Origin: Candidatus Levyibacteriota bacterium
Lineage (GTDB): Bacteria; Patescibacteriota; Microgenomatia; Levybacterales; UBA12049
NCBI GenBank assembly: GCA_041906785.1
Contig: JAYRIM010000021.1
Location: 17,881-81,880 of the forward strand
DNA length: 64,000 nucleotides
Direction of reading: 5' to 3'
Shown here: piece after piece, positions 49,625 through 59,667 of the stretch
Layout: each line of letters opens with the position of its first letter
Numbering within the stretch: the stretch's first letter is position 1
The notes under the pieces: model-generated
The model's input: only the letters and a program-made list of their open reading frames with translations
The model's database searches: none
Told to the model about the DNA's origin: nothing
Made by a program: the position numbers and the translations under genes

Positions 49625-50536
49625 TTATAATTTAGATTTTATCTTCGATGAAGTTTGAGGAGAAGACTTTTTTGCTGGAAAATTAATCATAATGATGGAA
49701 ACAATGAGAGAAATACTAGCTATTATTTGGTAAAAACTAAGTTGCTCATGGTATAAAAAATAGCCAGCTAGAGAAGCGAAAACAAATTCAAGCGATAATA
49801 CTATAGTTCCGAGATTTAAATCAAAATGCTGAAATCCGTAAATAGTAAGATATGATAAGAGAAAGAAATTAAGAGAAAAAAAGAGTAACATGCCTACAGC
49901 CTCAGGTGTGAATGAATGAAGAAGTGTATATTCACGGTAACCTATAAGGAGGGTGATACCGACAACTATTCCTGCTAACATTTGATAGAAAACCAGTATA
50001 AACCGGTCTACTTTACCACTAAGAGTTTTTTTCATGCTATTTGTAATAACATCTGATATACCTGCAATTGCAGTAAAACTCATCCCTATATCTATCGCTT
50101 GTATGCCTGATGGATATACGAATAAAATAACTCCAAACATAGCAAGAATAAAACTTAATCTCTTTTTTATGCTAAACCCTTCTTTAAATATGAAAATACT
50201 TGCAATTAAAGATGTTATAAGAGTAGTACTATAAAAACTAAACGTAGCTTTAGCTAAAGTCGTTGTTAATACGGCATAGGTAAAAAGAAAGATAGTAGCA
50301 CCGAAAGTAAAAGATAAAAAAAAGATATGCAGCAAAAATTTTCTAGGCACGTTTAATGGTGAAAGTTTTCTATAAAAAAGTATTAAAAGCACAACGAGTG
50401 CCACGATAAAGGACCGTAAGAGAGTGAGTTGACTACCTGTAGCGTAGTAATTTAAATAACGAACAAATATTCCAAATACTCCATAGATAAAAGAAGTACT
50501 CAGTAGTGAGAGGAAACCAAGGTAGCTTTTTTTCAT
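49625..50536 (-). CDS. EamA/DMT family transporter
   Basis: Ten TM helices in two EamA-like repeats. Confidence 0.8.
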   Translation of the reverse strand: MKKSYLGFLSLLSTSFIYGVFGIFVRYLNYYATGSQLTLLRSFIVALVVLLILFYRKLSPLNVPRKFLLHIFFLSFTFGATIFLFTYAVLTTTLAKATFSFYSTTLITSLIASIFIFKEGFSIKKRLSFILAMFGVILFVYPSGIQAIDIGMSFTAIAGISDVITNSMKKTLSGKVDRFILVFYQMLAGIVVGITLLIGYREYTLLHSFTPEAVGMLLFFSLNFFLLSYLTIYGFQHFDLNLGTIVLSLEFVFASLAGYFLYHEQLSFYQIIASISLIVSIIMINFPAKKSSPQTSSKIKSKL

Positions 50537-50632
50537 TAATCCCTAGTATATTCAGATTATACTCTAGCTTCTTTAAGAATACCAATATTTCTCTTGACAA
50601 TTTAATAATTGGGTATATACTTTATTCAAATT

Positions 50633-50872
50633 ATGTACTATACCTATAACTGTACATATTGCGAGAGAGTATTCTACACGTATCATTCAGATTCTTATCA
50701 AGCAGCAATGATTCTATATAAAGGAATTAAAGCGCACTTGATAGAATACCAAGAAGATCATAAAGAATATGAAATGGATGATAGTCCAGAAATAGATTCT
50801 GAAGAAATTCGAAAAAAAATGCCTGAGTTTAACGAACCACCAGAAGGAGCATATGAACTTCAAGATTGGTAA
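50633..50872 (+). CDS. small acidic protein with CxxC...H
   Basis: YNCTYCERVF...H. Confidence 0.5.
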   Translation: MYYTYNCTYCERVFYTYHSDSYQAAMILYKGIKAHLIEYQEDHKEYEMDDSPEIDSEEIRKKMPEFNEPPEGAYELQDW

Positions 50873-50951
50873 TTTCTTAAAGTCCTCTTTCTTTATTCTT
50901 ACATTCTTCTTATATATTAAAGATCAATTTATATTAAAATTATAGGATATT

Positions 50952-51476
50952 ATGAGACCAGAATCATTACGATCAGTAGCAATAGGTATTATTGGTTTTC
51001 TCGTGATAGTGATTATTATCATAGGATTATATCAGCTTGGGAAACAGCTTTTTCAATTAAGATCACCAAATGTAACAGCAGGTACAACTGCTGTAGCTGG
51101 AGTATCAAACCATCAAATAACAGCTGTATTAGATATCATTAATAATCCCGGAGTATATATCGATGTCGATGTCATAGTCCGTGATGAAGTTAATAGCTGG
51201 GTTGCAAAGAACGGTTTTATCTTTGAAGAGCACCAGGGTTTATTAAATAGAAGAACGTTACTTGTTATGAGAAAGAAAGCATTTTCTCCACCTCAGAAGA
51301 CTCCCGGTACTGAATTATCATTAGGAGAAACGAGACAGGTTGAAGTAAAAGGTAAAGTAAAGATTTTCGATAGACCTACATTAGAAAGAGTATGGCAAAT
51401 AGAGTTATTACCCACTACATATGACGGATGGAATGGACAGCCAGTGATTCTTGCTGATTCAATAACAATATTATAA
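50952..51476 (+). CDS. single-TM hypothetical protein
   Basis: N-terminal TM then a beta-rich domain. Confidence 0.55.
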   Translation: MRPESLRSVAIGIIGFLVIVIIIIGLYQLGKQLFQLRSPNVTAGTTAVAGVSNHQITAVLDIINNPGVYIDVDVIVRDEVNSWVAKNGFIFEEHQGLLNRRTLLVMRKKAFSPPQKTPGTELSLGETRQVEVKGKVKIFDRPTLERVWQIELLPTTYDGWNGQPVILADSITIL

Positions 51477-51490
51477 GATTATAAGGTTTT

Positions 51491-52456
51491 TTATTTTTCT
51501 AATACTTTAAATACTGTCTGTTTCAATTTTTGAATTGATTCAGGATTATAGATAGAATAAGAAAGCACATGCTTGCTTTTTTTTGCAAAAATATTAGTAA
51601 TCTCTTTACGTTTTTTATCATCAATTAAATCAGTTTTCGTTAATAAGATAATTTCAGGTTTCTCAAGAAGCATCGTATTATATGAACCAAATTCATCTCG
51701 AATCGTCTGATACGTAGATTCTATATTTTCTGTTGTGCTATCTATACAGTGTATAAGCATTTTCGTTTTTTCGATATGCTTAAGAAATGTGATACCCAAT
51801 CCTTTTCCTTTTGAAGCACCCTCTATTAATCCTGGAATATCAGCAATAGCATACTTTCCTAACATTCCTATATTCGGCTCTAAGGTAGTAAACGGATAAT
51901 TTCCTATTTTCGGATCAGCGTTTGTGAGTACTGACAGTAAACTACTTTTTCCTGCGTTTGGCTGACCTACAAGCCCTATATCTGCAATTAATTTTAACTC
52001 TAAACGTAATTCTTTCTCCTCTCCTGGTATGCCTTTTTCAGCATAATAGGGGGTTTGGTTTGTCGCTGATTTAAATTCATTATTACCTCTTCCTCCCAAT
52101 CCTCCTTTTGCAATCAGTATTCGTGAGGTTGTATCAGTAATCTCATGTATTTTTCCTGAAGTGGTATCAGTAATAATAGTACCGATTGGTACAGATACAG
52201 TTATGTCTTCACCATTCCGACCGAATTTATTTTGTCGCTTTCCATGAACACCACTCTCTGCAGAGATATTTTTTTTAAATTGGAAATCACGCAGATCATT
52301 AAGATTATGTGATCCCTGAAAAAAAACACTTCCTCCATTTCCACCATTTCCACCATCAGGTCCACCTTTCGTTTGGTGAGGATTACTTAAGAAAGTGACG
52401 ACTCCATCACCACCATTGCCAGCTTTAACTGTTATAACAACGTTATCTATCAGCAT
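51491..52456 (-). CDS. obgE: GTPase ObgE
   Basis: Gly-rich Obg fold, GQPNAGKSS, YPFTT, DIPG, TKTD. Confidence 0.95.
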   Translation of the reverse strand: MLIDNVVITVKAGNGGDGVVTFLSNPHQTKGGPDGGNGGNGGSVFFQGSHNLNDLRDFQFKKNISAESGVHGKRQNKFGRNGEDITVSVPIGTIITDTTSGKIHEITDTTSRILIAKGGLGGRGNNEFKSATNQTPYYAEKGIPGEEKELRLELKLIADIGLVGQPNAGKSSLLSVLTNADPKIGNYPFTTLEPNIGMLGKYAIADIPGLIEGASKGKGLGITFLKHIEKTKMLIHCIDSTTENIESTYQTIRDEFGSYNTMLLEKPEIILLTKTDLIDDKKRKEITNIFAKKSKHVLSYSIYNPESIQKLKQTVFKVLEK

Positions 52457-52494
52457 GACTGCATTGTACCATTTTCAAACAATTTTTTGTTTTT

Positions 52495-52571
52495 TGTCAT
52501 TCTGGAAGCTTGAAGGTTTAATAGAATCTCCGACTTTACCTATTCATCCTATCGCTTCGCTCCAGGATGAC
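52495..52571. repeat. REP-like element (TGTCATTCTGGA...TCCAGGATGAC)
   Basis: Terminal inverted repeats; same family as 3234 and 19022. Confidence 0.6.
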
Positions 52572-52598
52572 TTTATAGAAAATTGGTATAATAAGCTG

Positions 52599-53483
52599 AT
52601 GATTATACTATCGACAAAAGGATGGGAAGAGTATGAACTACTTGATTCCGGAGAAGGATATAGATTAGAACGGTTTGGAAAATATAGATTAATACGGCCT
52701 GATCCTGAAGCATTGTGGAAAAAATATTTACCTCATGAATGGTCGCGTGTTGATGCTTCTTTTATAAGAACTGAAAGGAATAAGGAAGAATGGGTGCTGC
52801 ACACAGCTATTCCTAAACGTTGGATTATGCATTATAAGGATATATCTTTTTGGGCAGAATTATCTCCATTTAAACATACTGGCGTTTTTCCTGAGCAAAC
52901 ACTTCAATGGGAATGGTTGGAACAAAAAATTAAAAGTCAAAAATTAAAAGTCAAAAAAAATGAAGAAATCAATATTTTGAATTTGTTTGCATATACAGGA
53001 ATCGCTAGTTTGGTTGCTGCAAAGGCTGGTGCGAAGGTTACACACATCGATGCATCGCGACCGACAATAGGCTGGGCAAGAGAAAATCAAGCAGTATCAC
53101 ATTTAAATGATAAACCAATTCGCTGGATTCTCGATGATGCTATTAAATTTACCCAAAGAGAAATCCGTCGAGGAGTACGGTACGATGGCATTATAATGGA
53201 CCCGCCAGTATATGGGCACGGTCCAAATGGTGAAACTTGGGATTTTAAAGAATCATTTCCTCTCCTTTTAGATGTTTGCAAACAGGTCTTATCAGAAGAT
53301 CCTCTTTTTATTCTCGTAAATGCATATGCCATTTCATCATCAGCCTTAATGCTAGAAAACATATTAAAAGATGTCGCTAAAAACATGAGTGGGGAAATAG
53401 AAGTTGGAGAGTTAGCTTTACAAGAAAAAGCTACAGATCGTTTACTCTCGACAGGCATTTTCGGTAGATGGTCAAAAAATTAA
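52599..53483 (+). CDS. class I SAM-dependent methyltransferase (RlmI-like C-terminal family)
   Basis: KHTGVFPEQ, LNLFAYTG, DPP. Confidence 0.85.
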   Translation: MIILSTKGWEEYELLDSGEGYRLERFGKYRLIRPDPEALWKKYLPHEWSRVDASFIRTERNKEEWVLHTAIPKRWIMHYKDISFWAELSPFKHTGVFPEQTLQWEWLEQKIKSQKLKVKKNEEINILNLFAYTGIASLVAAKAGAKVTHIDASRPTIGWARENQAVSHLNDKPIRWILDDAIKFTQREIRRGVRYDGIIMDPPVYGHGPNGETWDFKESFPLLLDVCKQVLSEDPLFILVNAYAISSSALMLENILKDVAKNMSGEIEVGELALQEKATDRLLSTGIFGRWSKN

Positions 53484-54628
53484 TTCCCATTGTCTTCTGG
53501 TTCTTTACTCATCCTTACAGAATGATCAACTAGATCAGTAATGATAGCTTTAACTCTTTCTGGATGTGAGAGAAGCTCTTTCGCTTTCTCCATCCCTTCA
53601 GAAATTTTACTTGAATCTTCAGCATTATTTAGAGCAGATATAAGTTCAGTAACAGAAGACTTTATATCTGGATTTATTGAAACGTTAGTGTGAACACTGG
53701 TTGGAGCAGGGGATCTAGGGATTAAACTATCTCCCTGGTATTTTCCCATCCATCGAAGAACCATACTTATCCTATTGTTGAGAGATTGTTGATTTTGCTG
53801 AGCATATAACTGATTCTGTTCTGTTAGTAAACGTCTTACACTAGAAGCACTAAGAGGAGTACCTCTTAACTGTTCGGTTAATAATGCAATATCTTGATAA
53901 AGCGTTCTTAAACCTGCTTTCGTTGGAACTGTTTCAACAAAAAGGTTCATGTTAGGATGTATCGATGCTGATAAATCATAAAAATGCTCTGAAGAAGTAT
54001 CATCTGCAGCCAATATTCCTTGTTCACTAAGCATATTAACATGAGATCCTATTCGCAATTTGTTTGTTCCTGTTGCTACTGTTAATCCCATTACACTTTC
54101 ATCTTCCTTTTGAAGCAAATGAGTATAAATTGCTCTTCTTCTGGATGGTGCACTATTTTCATAGCCTCCACTGGTATTTGAAGAACCAAGCATAATTTGC
54201 AATTGTGACGCACCATGTCGGTCAGCCCACTCAAGGACATGTCCTGCATACCCTGCATATATCTGCCGATACTGTGGAGGAAAATCAACACCTACAGGTA
54301 GAATTACTTTTTCTTTTGCTTTTAACACTCTTTCATTTCTTCTAGGATTTAGAACATTTTTTGAAACATGTATCAATCCATGATCAGCCAACGTTTTTAC
54401 TTTTTCTGAAAAGTCTTGAACTGAATAGGGAAAATCTTCTGGATCTATGCCAGCCCTGTCTGCGATATCTCGATATATCTGGGAATATCCACGAGTTTCT
54501 GGATGGTCCTTCTGATCCGCGAAAACTAATAAGCGGATAGGGGAAGGAGCAACTATGGTAAGAAGTGCTTGTTTATTTGGTTCACGTTTTTCCTCTTCCG
54601 GGGTATATCCTATTTCTCCACCTTCCAT
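53480..54628 (-). CDS. hypothetical protein, possibly with winged-HTH domains
   Basis: 382-aa ORF; weak HTH-like segments. Confidence 0.5.
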   Translation of the reverse strand: MEGGEIGYTPEEEKREPNKQALLTIVAPSPIRLLVFADQKDHPETRGYSQIYRDIADRAGIDPEDFPYSVQDFSEKVKTLADHGLIHVSKNVLNPRRNERVLKAKEKVILPVGVDFPPQYRQIYAGYAGHVLEWADRHGASQLQIMLGSSNTSGGYENSAPSRRRAIYTHLLQKEDESVMGLTVATGTNKLRIGSHVNMLSEQGILAADDTSSEHFYDLSASIHPNMNLFVETVPTKAGLRTLYQDIALLTEQLRGTPLSASSVRRLLTEQNQLYAQQNQQSLNNRISMVLRWMGKYQGDSLIPRSPAPTSVHTNVSINPDIKSSVTELISALNNAEDSSKISEGMEKAKELLSHPERVKAIITDLVDHSVRMSKEPEDNGN

Positions 54629-54694
54629 ATAAAGATACTTTACTCTTGTATTAAAGTATAATATAAAACAGTATTATAGCGTATTAACTTTTTC

Positions 54695-54765
54695 GATGCG
54701 GTAGCCAAGTGGTTAGGTATCTTGCCGCAAGCAAGAATACGAAGGTTCGATTCCTTCCCGCATCT
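54695..54765 (+). tRNA. atypical tRNA-Cys(GCA) with C33
   Basis: GATGCGG/CCGCATC acceptor, U73, Cys-type D arm GCCAAGTGGTTAGGT, loop CC-GCA-AG, GAAGG-TTCGATT-CCTTC. Confidence 0.8.
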
Positions 54766-54771
54766 CATACT

Positions 54772-55800
54772 ATGAATGTACAGCAATATCTATTACACCT
54801 TTTATCAAAAAATTCACGTTATCAATTAACGAGTCCTGATTTGAAATTTAGTAAAAAAGAAGGAGTTGAGAAGTATATTTATACGAAATTGACAAGTAAA
54901 AAATTTCGTAAATTTAAAATGGATCCTGCTTGTATAGAGCGAACAAAACAGGCTATCAATTTTAGAGTTAGAGAAAACAAACCGATACATATAATTTATC
55001 CACAAGGAGGGTATAAGCTTTGGCGTTTTCCAAGTTCGCCAAATGCAGATTGGGCTGAGTTTTTCAATATTTCATATCTACTTGAATACGTTGGCCCAAT
55101 AGCTGCGGTGTATAAACCGGGAGTAGAAATTACCTATTATATGCATACCTTACTTATGGAGTTACATGATAATTTGACTACAGAAGAAATCCAAGCGTAC
55201 GTAGGTTCATTTGAGAAACTTTTAGGAGAGTTCCGTAAATATTTACCTCCTAATATTCAAATAAACATTTTAAGAGATGCTGATCTCTATTCACGGAATG
55301 AATATTTTGCAGCTCTTGAAAAAGGGAAGATTTTAGCAGAAGATGAATATCTGAAATGGGACCAAAAAAGAAAAGATGATTTTAAGAGAATGGCTCTTTT
55401 GAATATTAAATGGAACGGAAAAGAAGACTGGACGGAGTTATCAGAAGAAGAAAAAAATAAAAAAATATATTTTGCTGCATTGTACGAATCTGCTGCGACA
55501 ACACAGTTAGATAAAGTAGTAGACATGGTAAAATCATCAGAGAATATCCTAGTGTTTACGAAAGGTTCATCTGCGTTTATAGGTATAGGCAGCACGAAAG
55601 CTTCAATAGCTAAATATTGGGTAGGATTTGGTGTTCTGCAAAAGAAACAAGATTCTTTTCTGCCTATTATATTGACACCGAGTCAATATCAATACGCCAT
55701 AAAAAAGAAGTATCAAACAGTTAAAGTTGATGTAATTCACCAGAAAAATTTCTCAGAAATACTCGTTTTTGAAAAACCATTTGAATTTTCGAAACAATGA
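54772..55800 (+). CDS. distant PvcA/DIT1 (isocyanide synthase)-like protein
   Basis: PIHII...K...DWAE...IAAVYKPGVEI...EEIQAY resembles the PvcA/DIT1 pattern; recognised by eye only. Confidence 0.45.
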   Translation: MNVQQYLLHLLSKNSRYQLTSPDLKFSKKEGVEKYIYTKLTSKKFRKFKMDPACIERTKQAINFRVRENKPIHIIYPQGGYKLWRFPSSPNADWAEFFNISYLLEYVGPIAAVYKPGVEITYYMHTLLMELHDNLTTEEIQAYVGSFEKLLGEFRKYLPPNIQINILRDADLYSRNEYFAALEKGKILAEDEYLKWDQKRKDDFKRMALLNIKWNGKEDWTELSEEEKNKKIYFAALYESAATTQLDKVVDMVKSSENILVFTKGSSAFIGIGSTKASIAKYWVGFGVLQKKQDSFLPIILTPSQYQYAIKKKYQTVKVDVIHQKNFSEILVFEKPFEFSKQ

Positions 55801-55803
55801 TAT

Positions 55804-56694
55804 ATGAGTCTAAAAACTGTCCTGCGAATTATAGAGATCTCCCGTCCTGTCTTCTGGCCTTCGACTTTTTTCATTTTCTTATTAGGAATTATATTTTCCA
55901 GACATGAGATAACTTCCATAGGAATATTTTATGCGTTTTTATGGTCATTTCCATATTCACTTTGGCTTTCTACAGTAAATGATTTAGCTGATATGAAAAC
56001 AGATAACATCAATACCTTTAAAGGTGGAATATCTGGAGTAAAAGTTAAAGATAGTGAAATTATCTTTTTAAAACGTTTACAATGCGTCAGTTTCTTGACA
56101 ATTATAGTACCAATTCTCTTTACATTTTCTGCCGGCGGCGGACCAGCCTATGGCTGGAATTACCTATTTTTATTTGCAAGTTTAGCAGCACTTATTATTC
56201 CTTATACCTATTCATCATATCCGATAAGACTGAAAGAAAAGCCACCGTTTGATAGTCTGAGTAATGGTGCATTTGTGGTTTCAGTTTTTATAGCAGGATA
56301 TGTTTTTAATGGCGAGAATATATTTGAGAATATATTTATTCAGGCCTGCATCGCGATTTTTCTAGGAGTTTCAGCCATGCATATTTTCGGAGCTCTCCGA
56401 GATTATACACCAGATAAAAAAAGTAAAGTTAAAACCTCTGCAGTATTCTTTGGTCAGAAAATGAGTGCTTTTTTTGCATCCGTATTTTTTTTCGTAGCCT
56501 ATGGAGCTATATTTCAATTTCCATTTGAATTTAGATTGTTTTGCCTATCAGGAACTATGGCTGGACTATTTCTGATCTTAAAGCCGAGCGAGAGAAGAAG
56601 TTTTCAGCTTGGATTTTTTCTATTATTTCTATTTTTCAGTGTTTGTATATATAGTATTTTTTTCAATACGTGGAAATTAGTTTTACAAAATTGA
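55804..56694 (+). CDS. UbiA-family prenyltransferase
   Basis: SRP, NDLADMKTD, YSSYPIRLK, RDYTPDKK. Confidence 0.85.
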   Translation: MSLKTVLRIIEISRPVFWPSTFFIFLLGIIFSRHEITSIGIFYAFLWSFPYSLWLSTVNDLADMKTDNINTFKGGISGVKVKDSEIIFLKRLQCVSFLTIIVPILFTFSAGGGPAYGWNYLFLFASLAALIIPYTYSSYPIRLKEKPPFDSLSNGAFVVSVFIAGYVFNGENIFENIFIQACIAIFLGVSAMHIFGALRDYTPDKKSKVKTSAVFFGQKMSAFFASVFFFVAYGAIFQFPFEFRLFCLSGTMAGLFLILKPSERRSFQLGFFLLFLFFSVCIYSIFFNTWKLVLQN

Positions 56695-56753
56695 AATTCT
56701 TTACTGCCATATCCTGTGCTATAATCAAATTCAAATAAACCTCAACCTTATTA

Positions 56754-57341
56754 ATGATTCCAACGATTGAACAAATAACATCTCTTCATCGTAAATATGC
56801 GCCGAATGATACAGTATTTGATTTGGTATTTATTCATTGTCAAATAGTATCTGAAATTGCAGAACAAATAATAGATAATAAAAATCTAAGCGTTGATAGA
56901 ACACTTGTTCAAGCAGGAGCACTACTTCATGATATCGGAGGATATACATTGATAGATCTAAATAAAGAGTTTGATGAAAAGAACTATATTAAACATGGAA
57001 TTATTGGCTATCAATTACTTATGGACGAAGGAATTGATGAAAGACTTTGTGAAATTGCGAGAAGACACACAGGTGTGGGTATTTCTGAAAAGCAAATTAT
57101 CGAGCGAAGTTTACCCCTTCCACCCATGGATTATTTCGCCAGAACAAGAGAAGAAAGATTAGTCATGTACGCTGACAAATTTCACTCAAAAACTCCACGC
57201 TTTAACTCCTATGAAAAATACCAGGAAAATATTAGACGCTTTGGCGATAACCTCGTAATAAAGTTTAGAGAATTAGCTGAAGAATTTGGTATTCCTGACT
57301 TAAGAGAATTATCAAAGAAATATAACCATCCAATTGTATAA
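56754..57341 (+). CDS. HD-domain (HDIG) hydrolase
   Basis: H...LLHDIG...HG...HTG...YADK. Confidence 0.85.
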   Translation: MIPTIEQITSLHRKYAPNDTVFDLVFIHCQIVSEIAEQIIDNKNLSVDRTLVQAGALLHDIGGYTLIDLNKEFDEKNYIKHGIIGYQLLMDEGIDERLCEIARRHTGVGISEKQIIERSLPLPPMDYFARTREERLVMYADKFHSKTPRFNSYEKYQENIRRFGDNLVIKFRELAEEFGIPDLRELSKKYNHPIV

Positions 57342-57472
57342 AGTTAGTAGAACTACTTACTATAATCTTATTTACTTTTTAATTTATAAAGTAAACCTAC
57401 AGTGGAGCTTATTGCCTTATAAAAATATTCGATTTACTTGACATATAGATCCACAAATGGTAATTTGACACC

Positions 57473-57943
57473 ATGAACGTCTGCCTGAAATGTAACAAGA
57501 TATATAAAGCATCAAGTAGGCATAAAGTTTGCCCTAAATGTCGGAAGCAATTAGATAAAACACCATGTGATAATTGTGGAAACTTAAAACAAAGAAAATC
57601 TAAAAATTGTAAAAATTGTTATATTCAAAGCAAACAATATCCCTATTCAAATAAAAAACATTTAAGTAAAGATGGATATTATTATGTATACTATCGAGCT
57701 CATCCGTTTGCAGATAAATCTGGTCGAGTTTACGAGCATAGGTTAGTAATGGAAAAAAAATTAGGAAGGTATCTTCTACCACATGAAAATGTTCACCATA
57801 AAAATGGTAGAAAAGATGACAATAGAATTGAAAATCTAGAATTGTGGATAAGAATCCAACCTACTGGCGCTCGGGTAGAGGATGTAGTAAAATGGGCAAA
57901 GGAAATTATAGAACTATATGGTGGTGTTAGCTCAGTTGGTTAG
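57473..57943 (+). CDS. HNH endonuclease with N-terminal zinc ribbons
   Basis: Four CxxC; YEHRLVME...VHHKNG..DDNRIENLEL. Confidence 0.9.
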   Translation: MNVCLKCNKIYKASSRHKVCPKCRKQLDKTPCDNCGNLKQRKSKNCKNCYIQSKQYPYSNKKHLSKDGYYYVYYRAHPFADKSGRVYEHRLVMEKKLGRYLLPHENVHHKNGRKDDNRIENLELWIRIQPTGARVEDVVKWAKEIIELYGGVSSVG

Positions 57944-57994
57944 AGCGCTAGGTTGTGGACCTGGAGGTCGCCGGTTCAAATCCGGTACACCACC
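57920..57994 (+). tRNA. tRNA-His(GTG)
   Basis: G-1, GTGGTGT/ACACCAC, C73, anticodon loop TT-GTG-GA. Confidence 0.95.
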
Positions 57995-58015
57995 CACCTT
58001 TTCTCCTCGAAATAT

Positions 58016-58564
58016 ATGTCATTAATACGCTTTGAAGCTAAACTTTCTAAAATCCATAATTGGATTATACTTAGACTACCAGAAGACGCCTCGGCAAAAC
58101 TTCCATCAAGAGGCATGACAATGGTAAAAGGGACTATCAATAAGGTTCCATTCAAAACCTTACTCGAACCAGATGGAAGGTATGGACCAGGGTTAAAACC
58201 GAGCCATTGGTTTAGACCAGGTAAAAAGTTGCTTCTGGACATTAAAGCCAAGCCAGGCGATACAGTACATGTTTCACTTGAACCGACGAAAGAATGGATA
58301 GAACCTGAAGTCCCTGAAGATCTAAAAGAAGCATTAGCAACTTCTCCTAAAGCTGAGGCTTTATGGAATGATATTACTCCGCTTGCCCGTTGGGATTGGA
58401 TTCGCTGGATACGAGCAGTGAAAACCCCTGAAACTCGTCTAAAACATATAGAAGTTGCAATCGACAAACTTAATAAAGGCATGAGGAGACCTTGCTGTTT
58501 CAACCGAAACCTCTGCAGTGAACCATATGTTTCTCATAATTGGGTACTTCTTGACCCAAAATAA
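58016..58564 (+). CDS. DUF1905 plus YdeI/OmpD-associated domain protein
   Basis: LPSRG..VKGTIN; VPEDL..AL...W.RWI...K..ETR. Confidence 0.8.
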   Translation: MSLIRFEAKLSKIHNWIILRLPEDASAKLPSRGMTMVKGTINKVPFKTLLEPDGRYGPGLKPSHWFRPGKKLLLDIKAKPGDTVHVSLEPTKEWIEPEVPEDLKEALATSPKAEALWNDITPLARWDWIRWIRAVKTPETRLKHIEVAIDKLNKGMRRPCCFNRNLCSEPYVSHNWVLLDPK

Positions 58565-58598
58565 GCATCCTCGATGTTTTTACTAAATTAAAAGTTAA

Positions 58599-58814
58599 CT
58601 ATTTTCGTAAGAAGAAATTAATGATTATTGTGAGAATAATACTGATGATTATTGAGGTAACCCAAGGAAAGTAGAATGTAAAATTACCTTTTTTTATAAA
58701 TATGTCACCTGGCATTTTTGGTAAACCAGTTACTTGAGAAAACAATAACGCAACTACGCCTGCAATAACTAAAAAGACTCCTGAAATAATAAGTAACCGT
58801 GCTAATTCATTCAT
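58599..58814 (-). CDS. DUF2905 family membrane protein
   Basis: PGDI...NFTFYFP..TSIIIS. Confidence 0.85.
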   Translation of the reverse strand: MNELARLLIISGVFLVIAGVVALLFSQVTGLPKMPGDIFIKKGNFTFYFPWVTSIIISIILTIIINFFLRK

Positions 58815-58850
58815 AGTTTGTTATTCAAATTAGATATTAGAAATTTATAA

Positions 58851-59528
58851 TTAGATATTTTCTAAAATTTCTCCCTCAATTACCTCCTTTTCTGTTTTAG
58901 CAAATAATCTTCCTATAATTAAACCTGTCAGAAAACCTCCTATATGTGCCCAAAATGCTACCCCTCCATCTTCTCCTGAAAATGGTAAAGAAACAGCACC
59001 AGACAATAACTGTAATACAAACCAATAACCCAGCATAAACGATGCGCTGATGTTTGTGATTGTTAAGAACCCGAAAATGGGTATGATAGTTTTTATTTTA
59101 TGCCCAGGGAAAAAGAGAAAATATGATCCTAATGCACCAGCCACAGCACCTGACGCACCAAGCATTGGTATTGTTGAGGAAGGCATAATCAGGTATTGCG
59201 CTAAACTTCCAATAATACCTGAAAAAAGATAAAGAAATGCATACGAAAAATGACCTATTTCGCCTTCTACATTATCTCCGAAAACCCATAAAAACCACAT
59301 GTTCGATATGATATGCAACCAGCCTCCATGAAGAAAAATTGAAGTTATAAAAGGGTAAAGAGAATATACATTCGAAAAATCGATATTTGCAGGAATGAGT
59401 GTATAACGTAATGTAAACGCATCAAGATGTATTAATTGTAAATAGAAAACATAACATGTTAATGCAATAATCGAAAAATTAATAAAAGGAAATTTTTTTG
59501 ACGGTGTAGAATCACTAATTGGAAACAT
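58851..59528 (-). CDS. rhomboid intramembrane serine protease
   Basis: HGGWLHIISNM, GASGA, AHIGG. Confidence 0.92.
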   Translation of the reverse strand: MFPISDSTPSKKFPFINFSIIALTCYVFYLQLIHLDAFTLRYTLIPANIDFSNVYSLYPFITSIFLHGGWLHIISNMWFLWVFGDNVEGEIGHFSYAFLYLFSGIIGSLAQYLIMPSSTIPMLGASGAVAGALGSYFLFFPGHKIKTIIPIFGFLTITNISASFMLGYWFVLQLLSGAVSLPFSGEDGGVAFWAHIGGFLTGLIIGRLFAKTEKEVIEGEILENI

Positions 59529-59667
59529 AAAAGTAAATCTAGATTCAAGATTTAAGATTCACGATTTAAGAACGTAAGAATATTGTAGCAGAACAATTTC
59601 TTTTGCACTCGTATAAAACTAACATTCTATATTTTTAAAGCAAAAAATGCTACAGTAGTGTTAGAAC

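Noticed and set aside
52395-52598. N-terminal extension of the methyltransferase
   Set aside because: Overlaps the obgE start and a REP-like element; the conserved domain starts at ATG 52599.
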